Both the position numbers and the translations under genes were made by a program. A model generated the notes under the pieces. That model saw nothing but the letters and a program-made list of their open reading frames with translations. It ran no database searches and had not been told where the DNA came from. From Roseibacillus sp. (lineage in GTDB: Bacteria; Verrucomicrobiota; Verrucomicrobiia; Verrucomicrobiales; Akkermansiaceae): a stretch of DNA of 64,000 bases. The stretch lies in the NCBI GenBank assembly GCA_051251855.1, contig JBPOGI010000007.1, positions 128,001-192,000 of the forward strand, in the 5' to 3' direction. Every line of letters begins with the position of its first letter. Positions within the stretch are counted from its first letter, which is position 1. This document shows positions 49,565 to 59,537 of this stretch, piece by piece.

Positions 49565-52500
49565 ATGCCCACCCCTCCTCAGAAGAGCCTCCTCGAAGTC
49601 CAATTCCCCATCGGCCAATTATCACTGGAGAGTTACATTGAGAGAAAAGCCGGCGCATCTCAGTTTCTAAATAGCCTTGGCAAGTGGTGGGGCTCTAAAC
49701 CTTTGGTCCTCACTAGAGCTATCATTCTCGGCTCTCTCTTTGAAGCTGACGATGACCCGGAACGCTGGCCCGACGATTTGGAGATTTTCCTGCGACTGAT
49801 GGCGTTTGACAATGCCGGAATGTGGAAACGCAAAAAGAAAAAGCTGCCTGCTTCTCTTTGTTATACATACGCCCAAGAAAACGAACTTCCCCTCTTTCGT
49901 GATCCAACGACGTGGGCCAAAGGTTTTTCTCCCGAAAACCGAAAAAGGCAACTCGCTTTGGAGAAACGGGCCTTCTATGCACTCGACCACGCAGACCAGC
50001 GGCCTTTTTGCTTCCGAGTCGAAGAAATCGAAGGACCACCCGAAGAGAGCTGGCAGGAGATCAATTCTTACTGCGGAACAAATGCTCATTCTCTAACAGA
50101 ATGGGTCGAAGAAATGTCACAACGCCGCTTCGGACGTAAGCTCAGAGTCGGTGACGCTTTCAGTGGGATGGGGTCCATCCCCTTTGAGGCAGCCGAGCTG
50201 GGCTGTGATGTCTATGCGTCCGATCTCAACCCTGTCGCCTGCCTACTTACTTGGAGTGCCCTCAATGTCCTCGGCAGCGATACTAAATTCCATGAAAAGC
50301 TTTCTGCCGCTCAGCAAAAAATTTATCAGGAAATTGACGAGTGGTATCTCGAGTCTGGCCTCGAAACCAGCGAGGAAGGCTGGCGAGCTGCTTTTCATCT
50401 CTACTGTGTCGAGGTCGAGGTGCCCGAGTGGGACGGATGGAAAATTCCAGTAGCTCCATCTTGGCAAGTCGACACACAACATGGAGCATGGGTAGAATTA
50501 GTCCCAATCCACGAAGAAAAGAGGTTCGATTTTAAAGTCTGCTTCGACCGAGAAGGGTATGACCTTGCTCGGAAAGGCTCGAAGCAAGGAACTGACGTCG
50601 TCTGCCCCGGAGTTCTTTGGGAAATTCTTCATGAGAAGAAGAAGGCAGGAAATACTACTCGTTCGATTAAACTCTCTACCCTAATCGAAAACCATGGCGG
50701 ACTGAGAAAGTGGGAGAAATCCGACATCATCCCAAAAGAGGGTGATTTTTTTAGCGAGAGACTCTACTGCATTCGCTGGATTAAGCCCGTTGTTTACGAT
50801 GACCACCAAGGAAACGAAATAGTAGCTCAAGAACTCATCTACCGAGAACCCCTTTCCCATGACCTTAATGCCGAAGCCGAAATTGTTCAGAAAATCGCAG
50901 GCTCTCTAGAGGAATTACACGAGGACGGTTGGATTCCAAACTGGAGAATTCAGAACGGAGAAAAAACACGTGAGCTCATACGTACCCGCGGATGGACACA
51001 TTGGCATCATCTTTTCACTCCAAGACAACTGTTGATGGTTGCCGAGCTCTCACGTCGAGTTGAAGGATCTGAAGTCGACATTCGAATGGCCCTGACATTA
51101 GGAATTGGAAAGCTTGCGGATTATGGCAGCAAACTAGCACATTGGCTGCCATCCGATAGTGGAGCTATTGGGGGCTCCAAACAGACATTCTACAACCAAG
51201 CATTTAATACCTTTTTCAATTTTCCTGCACGAGGGTGGATCCAACTTAAACCTCAAGTATGCCTAACTCATCGTTGCTTGGGTCCATTCACAGGCTCATG
51301 TGATACAAAAGTTGGTGATGCCCGCTACAGTGAAACAGACTGCGACCTTTGGATCACCGACCCTCCTTATGCTGATGCCGTCAACTATGAAGAGCTGTCC
51401 GAGTTCTTCCTCGCTTGGTATAAGCCCCACCTTCAAGCCTGCTTTCCCGATTGGTATACTGATTCCAAGCGAGACAAGGCTGTCAGAGGCGAAGACGCTT
51501 CGTTCCGAGTATCAATGGCCGAGTGCTATTCGCGCCTAGCACAGAAGATGCCAGCAGATGGCCTTCAAGTGCTCATGTTCACCCACAAAGACACCGACGT
51601 CTGGGAAGACCTCGCCTTAATCATGTGGTCGGCAGGATTACAGGTGAAGCAAGTCTGGAGCGTCGCAACTGAAACCCCGGGCGCAGGCATTCGAGTTGGA
51701 AACCATGTCCAAGCCACCTACAACATGGTGCTCCGCAAACGCCCCGCAGACGCACCGATGGGCTTTGTCGACCTAGTCATTCCACAAATCAAAACACGGG
51801 TGGAAGAAGTGATTCGCCACATGCGGGACAGTCAGATTCAGTCCGGCGGGTTAAACTGCGGCTACACCGATACCGACTACCTCCTTGCTGCCCAAGCGGT
51901 CGCCGCCGAGGTGGTCACTGGCTTCTCCAGCATCGACGGCATCGACCTCGACGAAGAACTCCGCACCCCGAACAAGGAGCGTGGCAACTCCGTCCTGAAG
52001 GACATGATGAACCAAGCGAAGCGCACCGCAGTGGACTTCCTCGTGCCCTTGGGCCTAGAGGAACACCTCCGCCGCTCGCCGGATGGCACAAGTGCCTACC
52101 AATTCTGGCGCAATCTTTCACCGGAGGAAAAATTCCTTCTCAAGTCCCTCGAACTGGAAGCGGGCGGAGTCGGCAAGATTGGAGCCTTCCAAGACCTCGG
52201 TCGCGCCTACGGCATCGCTGACTACGAAGACCTCCTCGGCCCCGTCGTCGCCAACGAAGCCCGCAGCAAGCTCCCAAGCGAGTTTCCCCGCGCCGACCTA
52301 GCCCGCTGGGAAGACTTGCCCGCCAACGAGCGCACCCACTTCCCCCACAGCGTGACCCGCCACCTTTACCAAGCTCTCAAGATGCTCTCCGAAGGAGCGG
52401 ACGCTGACCGAGCCGTCAAACACCTCGTCGATAGCACCAACTTCTGGTCCGACCGTCAGGGCAAACACCTCGTCATCCTCGCCTACCTCTACCAAACCAC

Positions 52501-52579
52501 CGAAGCCAACCAAGCCTGGCAAGACCTCCGCCCCCTACTGCAAACCTTACGGTTGGCAGTCGAGAACCATCGCGCTTAA
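49565..52579 (+). CDS. DUF1156 adenine-specific DNA methyltransferase
   Basis: LGKWWGSKPL, DAFSGMGSIP (motif I), DLNPVA, TDPPY (motif IV). Confidence 0.92.
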   Translation: MPTPPQKSLLEVQFPIGQLSLESYIERKAGASQFLNSLGKWWGSKPLVLTRAIILGSLFEADDDPERWPDDLEIFLRLMAFDNAGMWKRKKKKLPASLCYTYAQENELPLFRDPTTWAKGFSPENRKRQLALEKRAFYALDHADQRPFCFRVEEIEGPPEESWQEINSYCGTNAHSLTEWVEEMSQRRFGRKLRVGDAFSGMGSIPFEAAELGCDVYASDLNPVACLLTWSALNVLGSDTKFHEKLSAAQQKIYQEIDEWYLESGLETSEEGWRAAFHLYCVEVEVPEWDGWKIPVAPSWQVDTQHGAWVELVPIHEEKRFDFKVCFDREGYDLARKGSKQGTDVVCPGVLWEILHEKKKAGNTTRSIKLSTLIENHGGLRKWEKSDIIPKEGDFFSERLYCIRWIKPVVYDDHQGNEIVAQELIYREPLSHDLNAEAEIVQKIAGSLEELHEDGWIPNWRIQNGEKTRELIRTRGWTHWHHLFTPRQLLMVAELSRRVEGSEVDIRMALTLGIGKLADYGSKLAHWLPSDSGAIGGSKQTFYNQAFNTFFNFPARGWIQLKPQVCLTHRCLGPFTGSCDTKVGDARYSETDCDLWITDPPYADAVNYEELSEFFLAWYKPHLQACFPDWYTDSKRDKAVRGEDASFRVSMAECYSRLAQKMPADGLQVLMFTHKDTDVWEDLALIMWSAGLQVKQVWSVATETPGAGIRVGNHVQATYNMVLRKRPADAPMGFVDLVIPQIKTRVEEVIRHMRDSQIQSGGLNCGYTDTDYLLAAQAVAAEVVTGFSSIDGIDLDEELRTPNKERGNSVLKDMMNQAKRTAVDFLVPLGLEEHLRRSPDGTSAYQFWRNLSPEEKFLLKSLELEAGGVGKIGAFQDLGRAYGIADYEDLLGPVVANEARSKLPSEFPRADLARWEDLPANERTHFPHSVTRHLYQALKMLSEGADADRAVKHLVDSTNFWSDRQGKHLVILAYLYQTTEANQAWQDLRPLLQTLRLAVENHRA

Positions 52580-52582
52580 TCC

Positions 52583-55324
52583 ATGGCTCTCCAAAGATTC
52601 AGCTCCAGACGCGAACGGCTCTTCGATGCCTTCCTCTCGAAACGTTTACCAGAAGCCACGAGCTATGACCGCATCGCGGGCTACTTTCAGTCTAGTCTTC
52701 TTTCTCTAGCAGCCGAGGAGTTCAAGGCCATCAAAACGGTCCGTATCGTCTGCAATACGGAGGTCAATCCAGCTGATGTCCATGCCGTCCGACAAGCGGT
52801 CGGTCCGAGACAAGAAGAGTTGCAAGCAGCCCTCCTTCGCATGGTCTGGAACAATGGGAACTTTCCACACGTCGTCGACGTCTACGGAGAGAAAGCAAAG
52901 AAGAGACTGCGCCTCTTGCAAGACCTCATAAAAGGCGATCCCAAAACTGGTCGCAGCTTGGAAATCCGCATCGTGCCCGACAGTGAGTTTGGCTTCATCC
53001 ACGGCAAAGCCGGAGTGCTTCGTTATCCAGACGGCAAAGCGACCTCCTTCATGGGAAGTGCAAACGATACTCGGCGTGCTTGGATGGAAAACTACGAACT
53101 CGTCTGGGAAGATGACGAGCCTGAAAGTGTTGCTTGGGTGCAGGAAGAGTTCGACGCCCTCTGGGACCGAGGCTTCCCCATCAGTGAGTTCATCGTCAAG
53201 CAGATGGGCCGTCTAGGAGAACGAACGGTAATCGAACACGTAGGCTCCTGGCAGCAGAAGCCAGAGATTGCCGCCGTCCTCGCCGAAGTTCCCACCTGCA
53301 CCGAGTTGTTCGGATTTTGGGACCACCAGAAATACTTTATCAAGAAGGCCTTCGACGAACATCGTCTCTACCAAAAGCAATCTGGCCGGGGTGCCCGCTT
53401 CCTGCTTGCGGATGGTGTAGGACTAGGAAAAACCCTCCAGCTTGGCGGACTTGCCAAATTGATCGGAACTCTCGATAAGGAGCCTATTCTCATCATTGCC
53501 CCCAAGGCGGTCGTGAGCCAGTGGCAGGAAGAGATGATGGACAAGCTAGCGGCCCCCAGCGCGGTCTGGACCGGCAAAGGCTGGCTCACCGAGCGAGACG
53601 AATTCCACCCTGCTACCGAAGACGATGTCACCAACTGCCCACGCAAGATCGCCATCGTTCCCACCTCCGTCATTCTCAGCGCTGCGAGAAGCAAATTGAA
53701 CGGCAAGCTCACCGAAGACCTTCTGAAGATGAAGTTCAGCTGTGTGCTATGGGACGAAGCTCACAAGATCCGTCGCTCCAACCTCAAGGAGCCAAAAGTC
53801 TGGCAAACACCCGAGAAGAACCTCCTCTACGATTGGGCGCTCAAACTCTCCAAGCAAACCAAGTCCATGGTCTTGGCTACTGCTACCCCAGTGCAAATCC
53901 ATCCGGTGGAACTTTGGGACCTCCTCGCTGTCTTAGCAGAGGGAAACCCTCAGGTCCTCGGCTCGGACTTGAGCCGGTGGAAGGATGCCACCAATCCGGT
54001 AATGTTCGACATTCTAGCCGGTCGCGTGAAGGTGGAGAATCCTTACGAGAAATGGGAATGGTGGAAAGATCCTGTTCCCGGAGAAGAAGAACGAGACGTC
54101 TTCCGGCTCATCCGAAGTTCATTGGAGCTAGCAGCGACCAAAGACACCGCAGTAAATGCTGACTTCGACGAAATCGATGAATTTGATCGAGACGAACTCG
54201 CTCAAATTGATTTACGAGAACTTAACCCCTTCACCATTCGGGTCATCAAGCGCTCCCGGGAACGCCTGGAGCAAGAGGGTAAACTTGTCAAAATTGAGCT
54301 GGTAGCCGTGGACGACGAGCGCCCAGTAGTCTCCACCCATAGTGTCCGGCAAGCGCTGGAGCTGGCGGAAGAATTTTCACAAGAACTCTACGAAAAAACA
54401 AAGGCTGCTGGCTTCATTAATACTGGCCTGCAACGGCGTGTCGGTAGCTCAGTCTATGCCGGGCTCAAAACCGCCGAACGCATGCTCGAAGAGAAAGATG
54501 TCGAGGACGAAGAAGGATTGGACGAAACAGGAGAAAGCCTTTATCCTCTAACTGAAGTCGAAAGAGAATTGTTAGAACGCCTCCGTGGTCACCTGGCGAG
54601 ACAATGGGAACAAGAGGGCGATCCCAAATTCGACCGTATTCTAGAGACCTTGACCTCGGACTTTGAAGGAGAGACCTGGTTGAAACTAGGAGCTCTTGTC
54701 TTCAGCCAATACTACGACTCCGCTTTCGCGCTTTGTGAGTTTCTTGCCAAAAACTTGGATATCCCTATTGGCCTCTATGCGAGTTCCAGTTCATCAAAAC
54801 TCTTTGAAGATGGGAAGGTGCAATCTGTCGATCGGGATCTACTCAAGGAAAAGGTCAAAACTGGAGTCCTCAAGCTCATGGTAGGAACTGATGCCGCAAG
54901 TACAGGCCTAAACCTACAAACCCTTGGCAGCCTCATCAACCTCGACCTCCCTTGGAACCCCACGACCCTTGAGCAACGGAAAGGCCGGGTGCAGCGAGGA
55001 ACCATGGGCAAGAGAATCCCCTTCTGCAACCTACGTTACGATGAAGGGGTCGAGCAAAGACTCTTCAACGTTCTGACCGGTCGGATCCAGGAGATCACCA
55101 ACATCTTTGGCACCGTCCCAGACTTCATCACCGACCGCTGGGTCACCGACATGCTGGAAAATCGCGACCTGAAGGAAAGCGACCTCGTCACCCTCATCTC
55201 CGACCAAGAAACCAGCCCCTTTAGCGTCAAAGAGACCTACGAGTATCTCGATGAAGAATGGGAAAACACCGCCGAGGTCCTCAACTCCCGAGAAGCAGTC
55301 GCGGTGTTCTTAAATGGCTGGTAA
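52583..55324 (+). CDS. PLD-nuclease/SNF2 helicase fusion
   Basis: YDRIAGYF, IHGKAG..GSAN PLD-like motif; ADGVGLGKT, DEAH, TATP, GLNLQ, LEQRKGRVQR. Confidence 0.92.
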   Translation: MALQRFSSRRERLFDAFLSKRLPEATSYDRIAGYFQSSLLSLAAEEFKAIKTVRIVCNTEVNPADVHAVRQAVGPRQEELQAALLRMVWNNGNFPHVVDVYGEKAKKRLRLLQDLIKGDPKTGRSLEIRIVPDSEFGFIHGKAGVLRYPDGKATSFMGSANDTRRAWMENYELVWEDDEPESVAWVQEEFDALWDRGFPISEFIVKQMGRLGERTVIEHVGSWQQKPEIAAVLAEVPTCTELFGFWDHQKYFIKKAFDEHRLYQKQSGRGARFLLADGVGLGKTLQLGGLAKLIGTLDKEPILIIAPKAVVSQWQEEMMDKLAAPSAVWTGKGWLTERDEFHPATEDDVTNCPRKIAIVPTSVILSAARSKLNGKLTEDLLKMKFSCVLWDEAHKIRRSNLKEPKVWQTPEKNLLYDWALKLSKQTKSMVLATATPVQIHPVELWDLLAVLAEGNPQVLGSDLSRWKDATNPVMFDILAGRVKVENPYEKWEWWKDPVPGEEERDVFRLIRSSLELAATKDTAVNADFDEIDEFDRDELAQIDLRELNPFTIRVIKRSRERLEQEGKLVKIELVAVDDERPVVSTHSVRQALELAEEFSQELYEKTKAAGFINTGLQRRVGSSVYAGLKTAERMLEEKDVEDEEGLDETGESLYPLTEVERELLERLRGHLARQWEQEGDPKFDRILETLTSDFEGETWLKLGALVFSQYYDSAFALCEFLAKNLDIPIGLYASSSSSKLFEDGKVQSVDRDLLKEKVKTGVLKLMVGTDAASTGLNLQTLGSLINLDLPWNPTTLEQRKGRVQRGTMGKRIPFCNLRYDEGVEQRLFNVLTGRIQEITNIFGTVPDFITDRWVTDMLENRDLKESDLVTLISDQETSPFSVKETYEYLDEEWENTAEVLNSREAVAVFLNGW

Positions 55325-55339
55325 AATGAAAACGAAACC

Positions 55340-56332
55340 ATGATCTACGACGGAAAAAACAAGTTTACGGAATGGAAATTCCCTAAGGAGAAGGATATCG
55401 AAGAAGCAATTCAGAAGGTTCGCTCAGAGCTTTTCGGTTCCTCAAGAATCTACCTGGAAGTTAAGAAATTAATCGGCAAGAAGGGCGGCCAGATGAACAT
55501 TCCGGATGCCTACGTCCTAGATTTATCGAGCGCCAAGGCACCCAAACTCTTTGTGGTAGAGAACGAGCTTTCGAGCCACGATCACTTGCGGCACATCGCG
55601 GTTCAGATTCTACAGTTTTCGTTAGCCTTCGAGACAAATCCACACCGTGTCAAGGAAGTGCTCAGAGGAGCGCTCAAAGCGGACCAAGAAGCGGAAGCCA
55701 GGGTTCATGCTTACGCGACCTCCAACGGCTTTGATAACATCGACTACCTCTTGGAACAGATGGTTCACCGTAAAGAGGCATTTAATGCCCTAGTCATCAT
55801 TGATGAACTCAACGACGAGTTAGAGAACATCTTGAAAGAGAAATTCCGCTTCCCGGTCGAGCTTCTCACCCTTGAGCGATTTCGAAGCGAAAAGGGAGAA
55901 GTCTTTTACAAATTTGAACCCCTACTTGGAGACGTCGACTCATCGGACGAGGGCTCCACGTTGCCTCAGCTCGACCCTGCGGAGCTGGACACAGTTGTCG
56001 TCCCTGCACAGGAGGAAGGATTCACTGAGACCTTCATCGGAGAGAATCGCTGGCACCACATTCGAATGAGTGCAGCAATGATTCCCCAAATCAAATGGAT
56101 TGCAACCTACAGGGTTGCCCCCCTTTCTGCGATTACCCACGTGGCTAAGGTAGCTAAAATTCAGCCCTACAAGGACACGGGAAAATACGAGCTGCTTTTC
56201 GAGGGACCGCCCGAAGAATTGAAGAAGCCAATTCGACTCATTCCCAAAAGTGCCGTGAAATCGGTTCAAGCCCCCCGCTACACAGCCCATCAACGACTGA
56301 TTAACGCAAAGGATCTCAACGAAGCATTTTAA
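55340..56332 (+). CDS. Putative PD-(D/E)XK endonuclease with C-terminal PUA-like domain
   Basis: E.DIE...IPDAY...VVENEL...Q nuclease-type motif; C-terminal VVPAQEEGF...WHHIR...WIATYRVAPLSAITHVAKV. Confidence 0.65.
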   Translation: MIYDGKNKFTEWKFPKEKDIEEAIQKVRSELFGSSRIYLEVKKLIGKKGGQMNIPDAYVLDLSSAKAPKLFVVENELSSHDHLRHIAVQILQFSLAFETNPHRVKEVLRGALKADQEAEARVHAYATSNGFDNIDYLLEQMVHRKEAFNALVIIDELNDELENILKEKFRFPVELLTLERFRSEKGEVFYKFEPLLGDVDSSDEGSTLPQLDPAELDTVVVPAQEEGFTETFIGENRWHHIRMSAAMIPQIKWIATYRVAPLSAITHVAKVAKIQPYKDTGKYELLFEGPPEELKKPIRLIPKSAVKSVQAPRYTAHQRLINAKDLNEAF

Positions 56333-56370
56333 TAGTGTCGCAGTCGGCTAAATCAAAGTGAGAACGGGCT

Positions 56371-56389
56371 CGCGACCCATTCTGTCGCA
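56371..56389. promoter_or_regulatory. Candidate WYL regulator operator 2
   Basis: CGCGAC-CCATTCT-GTCGCA; 16 of 19 positions identical to operator 1; 22 nt before the next ORF. Confidence 0.6.
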
Positions 56390-56411
56390 CAACTAGCTTC
56401 TCCTCTCTCTT

Positions 56412-57554
56412 GTGCTTCAGATTCCGCTAACTGTGCTTGAGAAATGGGCCTTAGACCTCTTTCAAAAAGAAGAAGCTGAGCCTCAGCTCTACCCGGATTT
56501 TGAGCAGTTTCTTCTGGGGACGTATCGTCGGGCTCGACACGACGAAGCAGTGGATTCTGCTTTTGGGCTGGGAAGTCCTTTCGCTGAAGAATTTTCACAG
56601 TTTCTCACTACCATCCCCTGCCCTGACTTTCTTGCCGACGAGGCTCAGAGTGATTTTGCCTACTATCGCGAGATGTTCGATGAGGGCTTTCCTCACAGTT
56701 TTCTCCTCCGGTATGTTGGCGAACGCCGGGAGGGACTCAAACGTGAGGAAGCGTTCAATCGCGTCTTCTCTGACTTGGACTTGGAAGATCAATTCGAAAT
56801 TCTCTACGACTACCTTCTCGCCCACGGAGAGTCAGAACACACCGCTACAGACTGCTCTCTCAATGCTCTTGGTGAAATTCCGCTGACGGACGCGTTGCCT
56901 ATCTTCCAAGAAAGAGAACGAGAAGAGGAGCGGATGCGAGGGCTGGGGTTTTCTCCTGACCGAGCCTACGCGTATGCCAAAGCCATTTCTGAAGACTGCT
57001 CTTCGGAGCAAGCCGGCCTCTACTCTTGGTATTTCGAGAAACAAATGCAGTGGAAGCTAGAACGAGAGTGGGCACAGGATCTCGCCAAGGAGTTTGCGCG
57101 CATCGCTCCCCTCTACGCTTCTCTTTACGAAAACAAAAACTACGAAACCAACATCGATGCCTTCACTCATGTCGAGGCTTCTCACCACTGCCATCAGCAA
57201 AACTTAGAAGAGGACTTTCGCGAACTCTTTATGACCGTTGCCGAACGGCTTCAGCCTCAAAAGAAAAAGGGCGAAGAGGTGCAGTTCTACAGCCAAGTCG
57301 AAACCCTCACTCGCAAGATCGGTCGAGGCGAAATAGCACTAAACGACCTCCCTGGGACCCCACCCCCTAAGCCAGAGAAATGGCGCGTCGCTCTTCGTCG
57401 CTACCGACGAGAGGAAAAAAGGGAATGGGAAGAAATCTCATCCGAGCCCGATCTCTCGCAGGACTTCCACCAAGATCCCGCCATTGCTCGAGCGACCTCT
57501 TCCTTTGAAGATAGCTTGAAGAGAAATGCCATTGATGGTGACTCCGTTCATTGA
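56412..57554 (+). CDS. Hypothetical acidic, helical protein
   Basis: 380-codon ORF (GTG start, uncertain) filling the gap; no family recognised. Confidence 0.6.
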   Translation: MLQIPLTVLEKWALDLFQKEEAEPQLYPDFEQFLLGTYRRARHDEAVDSAFGLGSPFAEEFSQFLTTIPCPDFLADEAQSDFAYYREMFDEGFPHSFLLRYVGERREGLKREEAFNRVFSDLDLEDQFEILYDYLLAHGESEHTATDCSLNALGEIPLTDALPIFQEREREEERMRGLGFSPDRAYAYAKAISEDCSSEQAGLYSWYFEKQMQWKLEREWAQDLAKEFARIAPLYASLYENKNYETNIDAFTHVEASHHCHQQNLEEDFRELFMTVAERLQPQKKKGEEVQFYSQVETLTRKIGRGEIALNDLPGTPPPKPEKWRVALRRYRREEKREWEEISSEPDLSQDFHQDPAIARATSSFEDSLKRNAIDGDSVH

Positions 57555-57643
57555 GTTTTCTGCTTTCGTTACAAACTCTTAACACTTCTCGTCGCTTTCA
57601 ACATCAAAGCTTCATGTGAAGGTCTTTAGCTAGGGCCATCATT

Positions 57644-59509
57644 ATGAAAGCGAGACCAAAAGCAAAAGCCAACCCTCCTCGCCCTTCTTGCAAACGCAAG
57701 AACGACGAAACCGAAAAAACCACTGCCCGTCGTGTCACATCACGGTCAATCATCGGAAACTCTCATCCGAGACTTCTTCTCCCAGCACTAGGATTGAGCT
57801 TCTTCGTCTTTACTCCAGCCTTCGCCCAGCGCCCCGACCAAAGCTCATCGAACAACGACCGGTCAGCGGGCCCTCAAACTCCCAGAGCGATGTCACGCGC
57901 ACCTCGTCAGGATGAGGGCTCTCCCCGAGGCGAACGACGAGAACGTCCCGAAGCAGACCTCGATCTTCCCGCCGAAATCGCCCCTATCGATGGTTACGGA
58001 AACAACGAAGCCAATCCCTTGCAGGGAGCCGCAGAGCAACCCTTCATTCGCCTTGCCGAGCCAGCCTATGCCGATGGCGAAAGTGAACCCTCGGGAGAAG
58101 ATCGTCCCAATGCCCGTGCCATCTCAAACGCGATTTGCGCACAGGAAGAAGATATCCCCAACGCCCTCGGAGCCACCGACTACCTTTGGCAATGGGGTCA
58201 ATTCGTCGATCACGATATCGTCGAAACTCCCACCATCGACCCAGCCGAACCCTTCAACATCACAATTCCGGAAGATGATGTGTGGTTCACCCCTGGTTCC
58301 GAGATGAGCCTCAACCGCTCCTTCTACGAAGAACACAGTAGCCCACGCGAACAAGTCAATGCCATCACAGCCTATATTGATGGCTCGATGGTCTACGGCT
58401 CTGATGAAGTGCGCGCTTACGCCCTTCGAGCTCTCGACGGCTCGGGTCACCTCGCAGTGACCACGTCCGACAACGGGGACCTTTTGCCCTACAACTTCAC
58501 TGGACTCGACAACGCCCCCGCCTCTTCACCCAACTTCTTCTTAGCTGGAGATGTGCGAGCAAACGAACAAGTCGGATTAACAGCATTACACACCCTCTTC
58601 GTTCGCGAGCACAACCAATGGGCCGACCGCTTTCTCGACGAGAATCCCGCTGGCACCGGCGAAGAGGCTTACCAGTTCGCGCGCATGGTGGTTACGGCGG
58701 AGATTCAAGCCATCACCTACCGTGAGTTCCTGCCTATCCTGTTAGGTCGGGATGCCCTTCCGCCCTATCGCGGATACGACACGGAGGTCGATGCAAGCAT
58801 CAGCAACGAGTTCGGAGCAGCAGCCTACCGCATGGGCCACACCATGCTCTCATCCCAGTTGCTGCGGTTAGATGCCAGCGGAGAAGAGGCAGAAGAAGGC
58901 AACCTGTCTTTATCGGAAGCATTTTTCAATCCTGATCATATTGAGGAGAACGGAATAGACAGTCTCTTACGCGGTCTTGCCGGCCAAATTTGCCAAGAGC
59001 TGGACGAAAAGGTAGTCAATGATGTCCGCAACCTCCTTTTCGGTGCCCCCGGTTCTGGCGGCTTCGACTTAGCGAGCCTGAACATTCAGCGCGGTCGCGA
59101 CCACGGCCTGCCCGACTACAACACCATGCGGCGCGAAGCACGCCTTCGTCCTGTGCGCCGAGTGGGCGAGATCAATCCCGAGTTAGCGGAAGAACTAGAA
59201 TCTGTTTACACCTCACCCAACCAAGTCGACTTGTGGGTAGGCTGTCTTTGCGAACCGAAAGTGCCCGGCGCCATGGTGGGCCCTCTTTTACAACGAGTGC
59301 TTGCCAACCAATTCCGCCGCTTGCGCGACGGCGACCGCTTCTATTACGAAAGTCATCTTCCCCGCGAGATGAAGAGAATGATCGAGAAGCAAACACTCGC
59401 GACCATCATTCGGCGCAATACCGATATTGGTGACGAACTGCAAGACAACGTCTTCCTTTCAGAGGAAGCAGCTCCCCAACCGAATCGACGACCCAGCCGC
59501 CGACGCTAG
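57644..59509 (+). CDS. Secreted animal-type haem peroxidase (peroxidase-cyclooxygenase superfamily)
   Basis: WGQFVDHD, TAYIDGSMVYGS, GDVRANE, REHN, AYRMGH, NIQRGRDHG, DGDRFYYE. Start uncertain. Confidence 0.92.
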   Translation: MKARPKAKANPPRPSCKRKNDETEKTTARRVTSRSIIGNSHPRLLLPALGLSFFVFTPAFAQRPDQSSSNNDRSAGPQTPRAMSRAPRQDEGSPRGERRERPEADLDLPAEIAPIDGYGNNEANPLQGAAEQPFIRLAEPAYADGESEPSGEDRPNARAISNAICAQEEDIPNALGATDYLWQWGQFVDHDIVETPTIDPAEPFNITIPEDDVWFTPGSEMSLNRSFYEEHSSPREQVNAITAYIDGSMVYGSDEVRAYALRALDGSGHLAVTTSDNGDLLPYNFTGLDNAPASSPNFFLAGDVRANEQVGLTALHTLFVREHNQWADRFLDENPAGTGEEAYQFARMVVTAEIQAITYREFLPILLGRDALPPYRGYDTEVDASISNEFGAAAYRMGHTMLSSQLLRLDASGEEAEEGNLSLSEAFFNPDHIEENGIDSLLRGLAGQICQELDEKVVNDVRNLLFGAPGSGGFDLASLNIQRGRDHGLPDYNTMRREARLRPVRRVGEINPELAEELESVYTSPNQVDLWVGCLCEPKVPGAMVGPLLQRVLANQFRRLRDGDRFYYESHLPREMKRMIEKQTLATIIRRNTDIGDELQDNVFLSEEAAPQPNRRPSRRR

Positions 59510-59537
59510 CTGCGAAAAGTAACATTTGAATCCCCAT

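Larger units (their letters stand above)
39934..57554. other. Defence island downstream of tRNA-Leu (approximate limits)
   Basis: Cluster of SRAP, WYL regulator, several nucleases, DNA methylase, ATPase and helicase between housekeeping genes; no integrase or att repeat seen. Confidence 0.8.

Noticed and set aside
39690..57650. Integrase or tRNA 3'-end direct repeat (attR) bounding the island
   Set aside because: No recombinase ORF and no copy of the tRNA 3' end seen by eye, so not called a mobile element.
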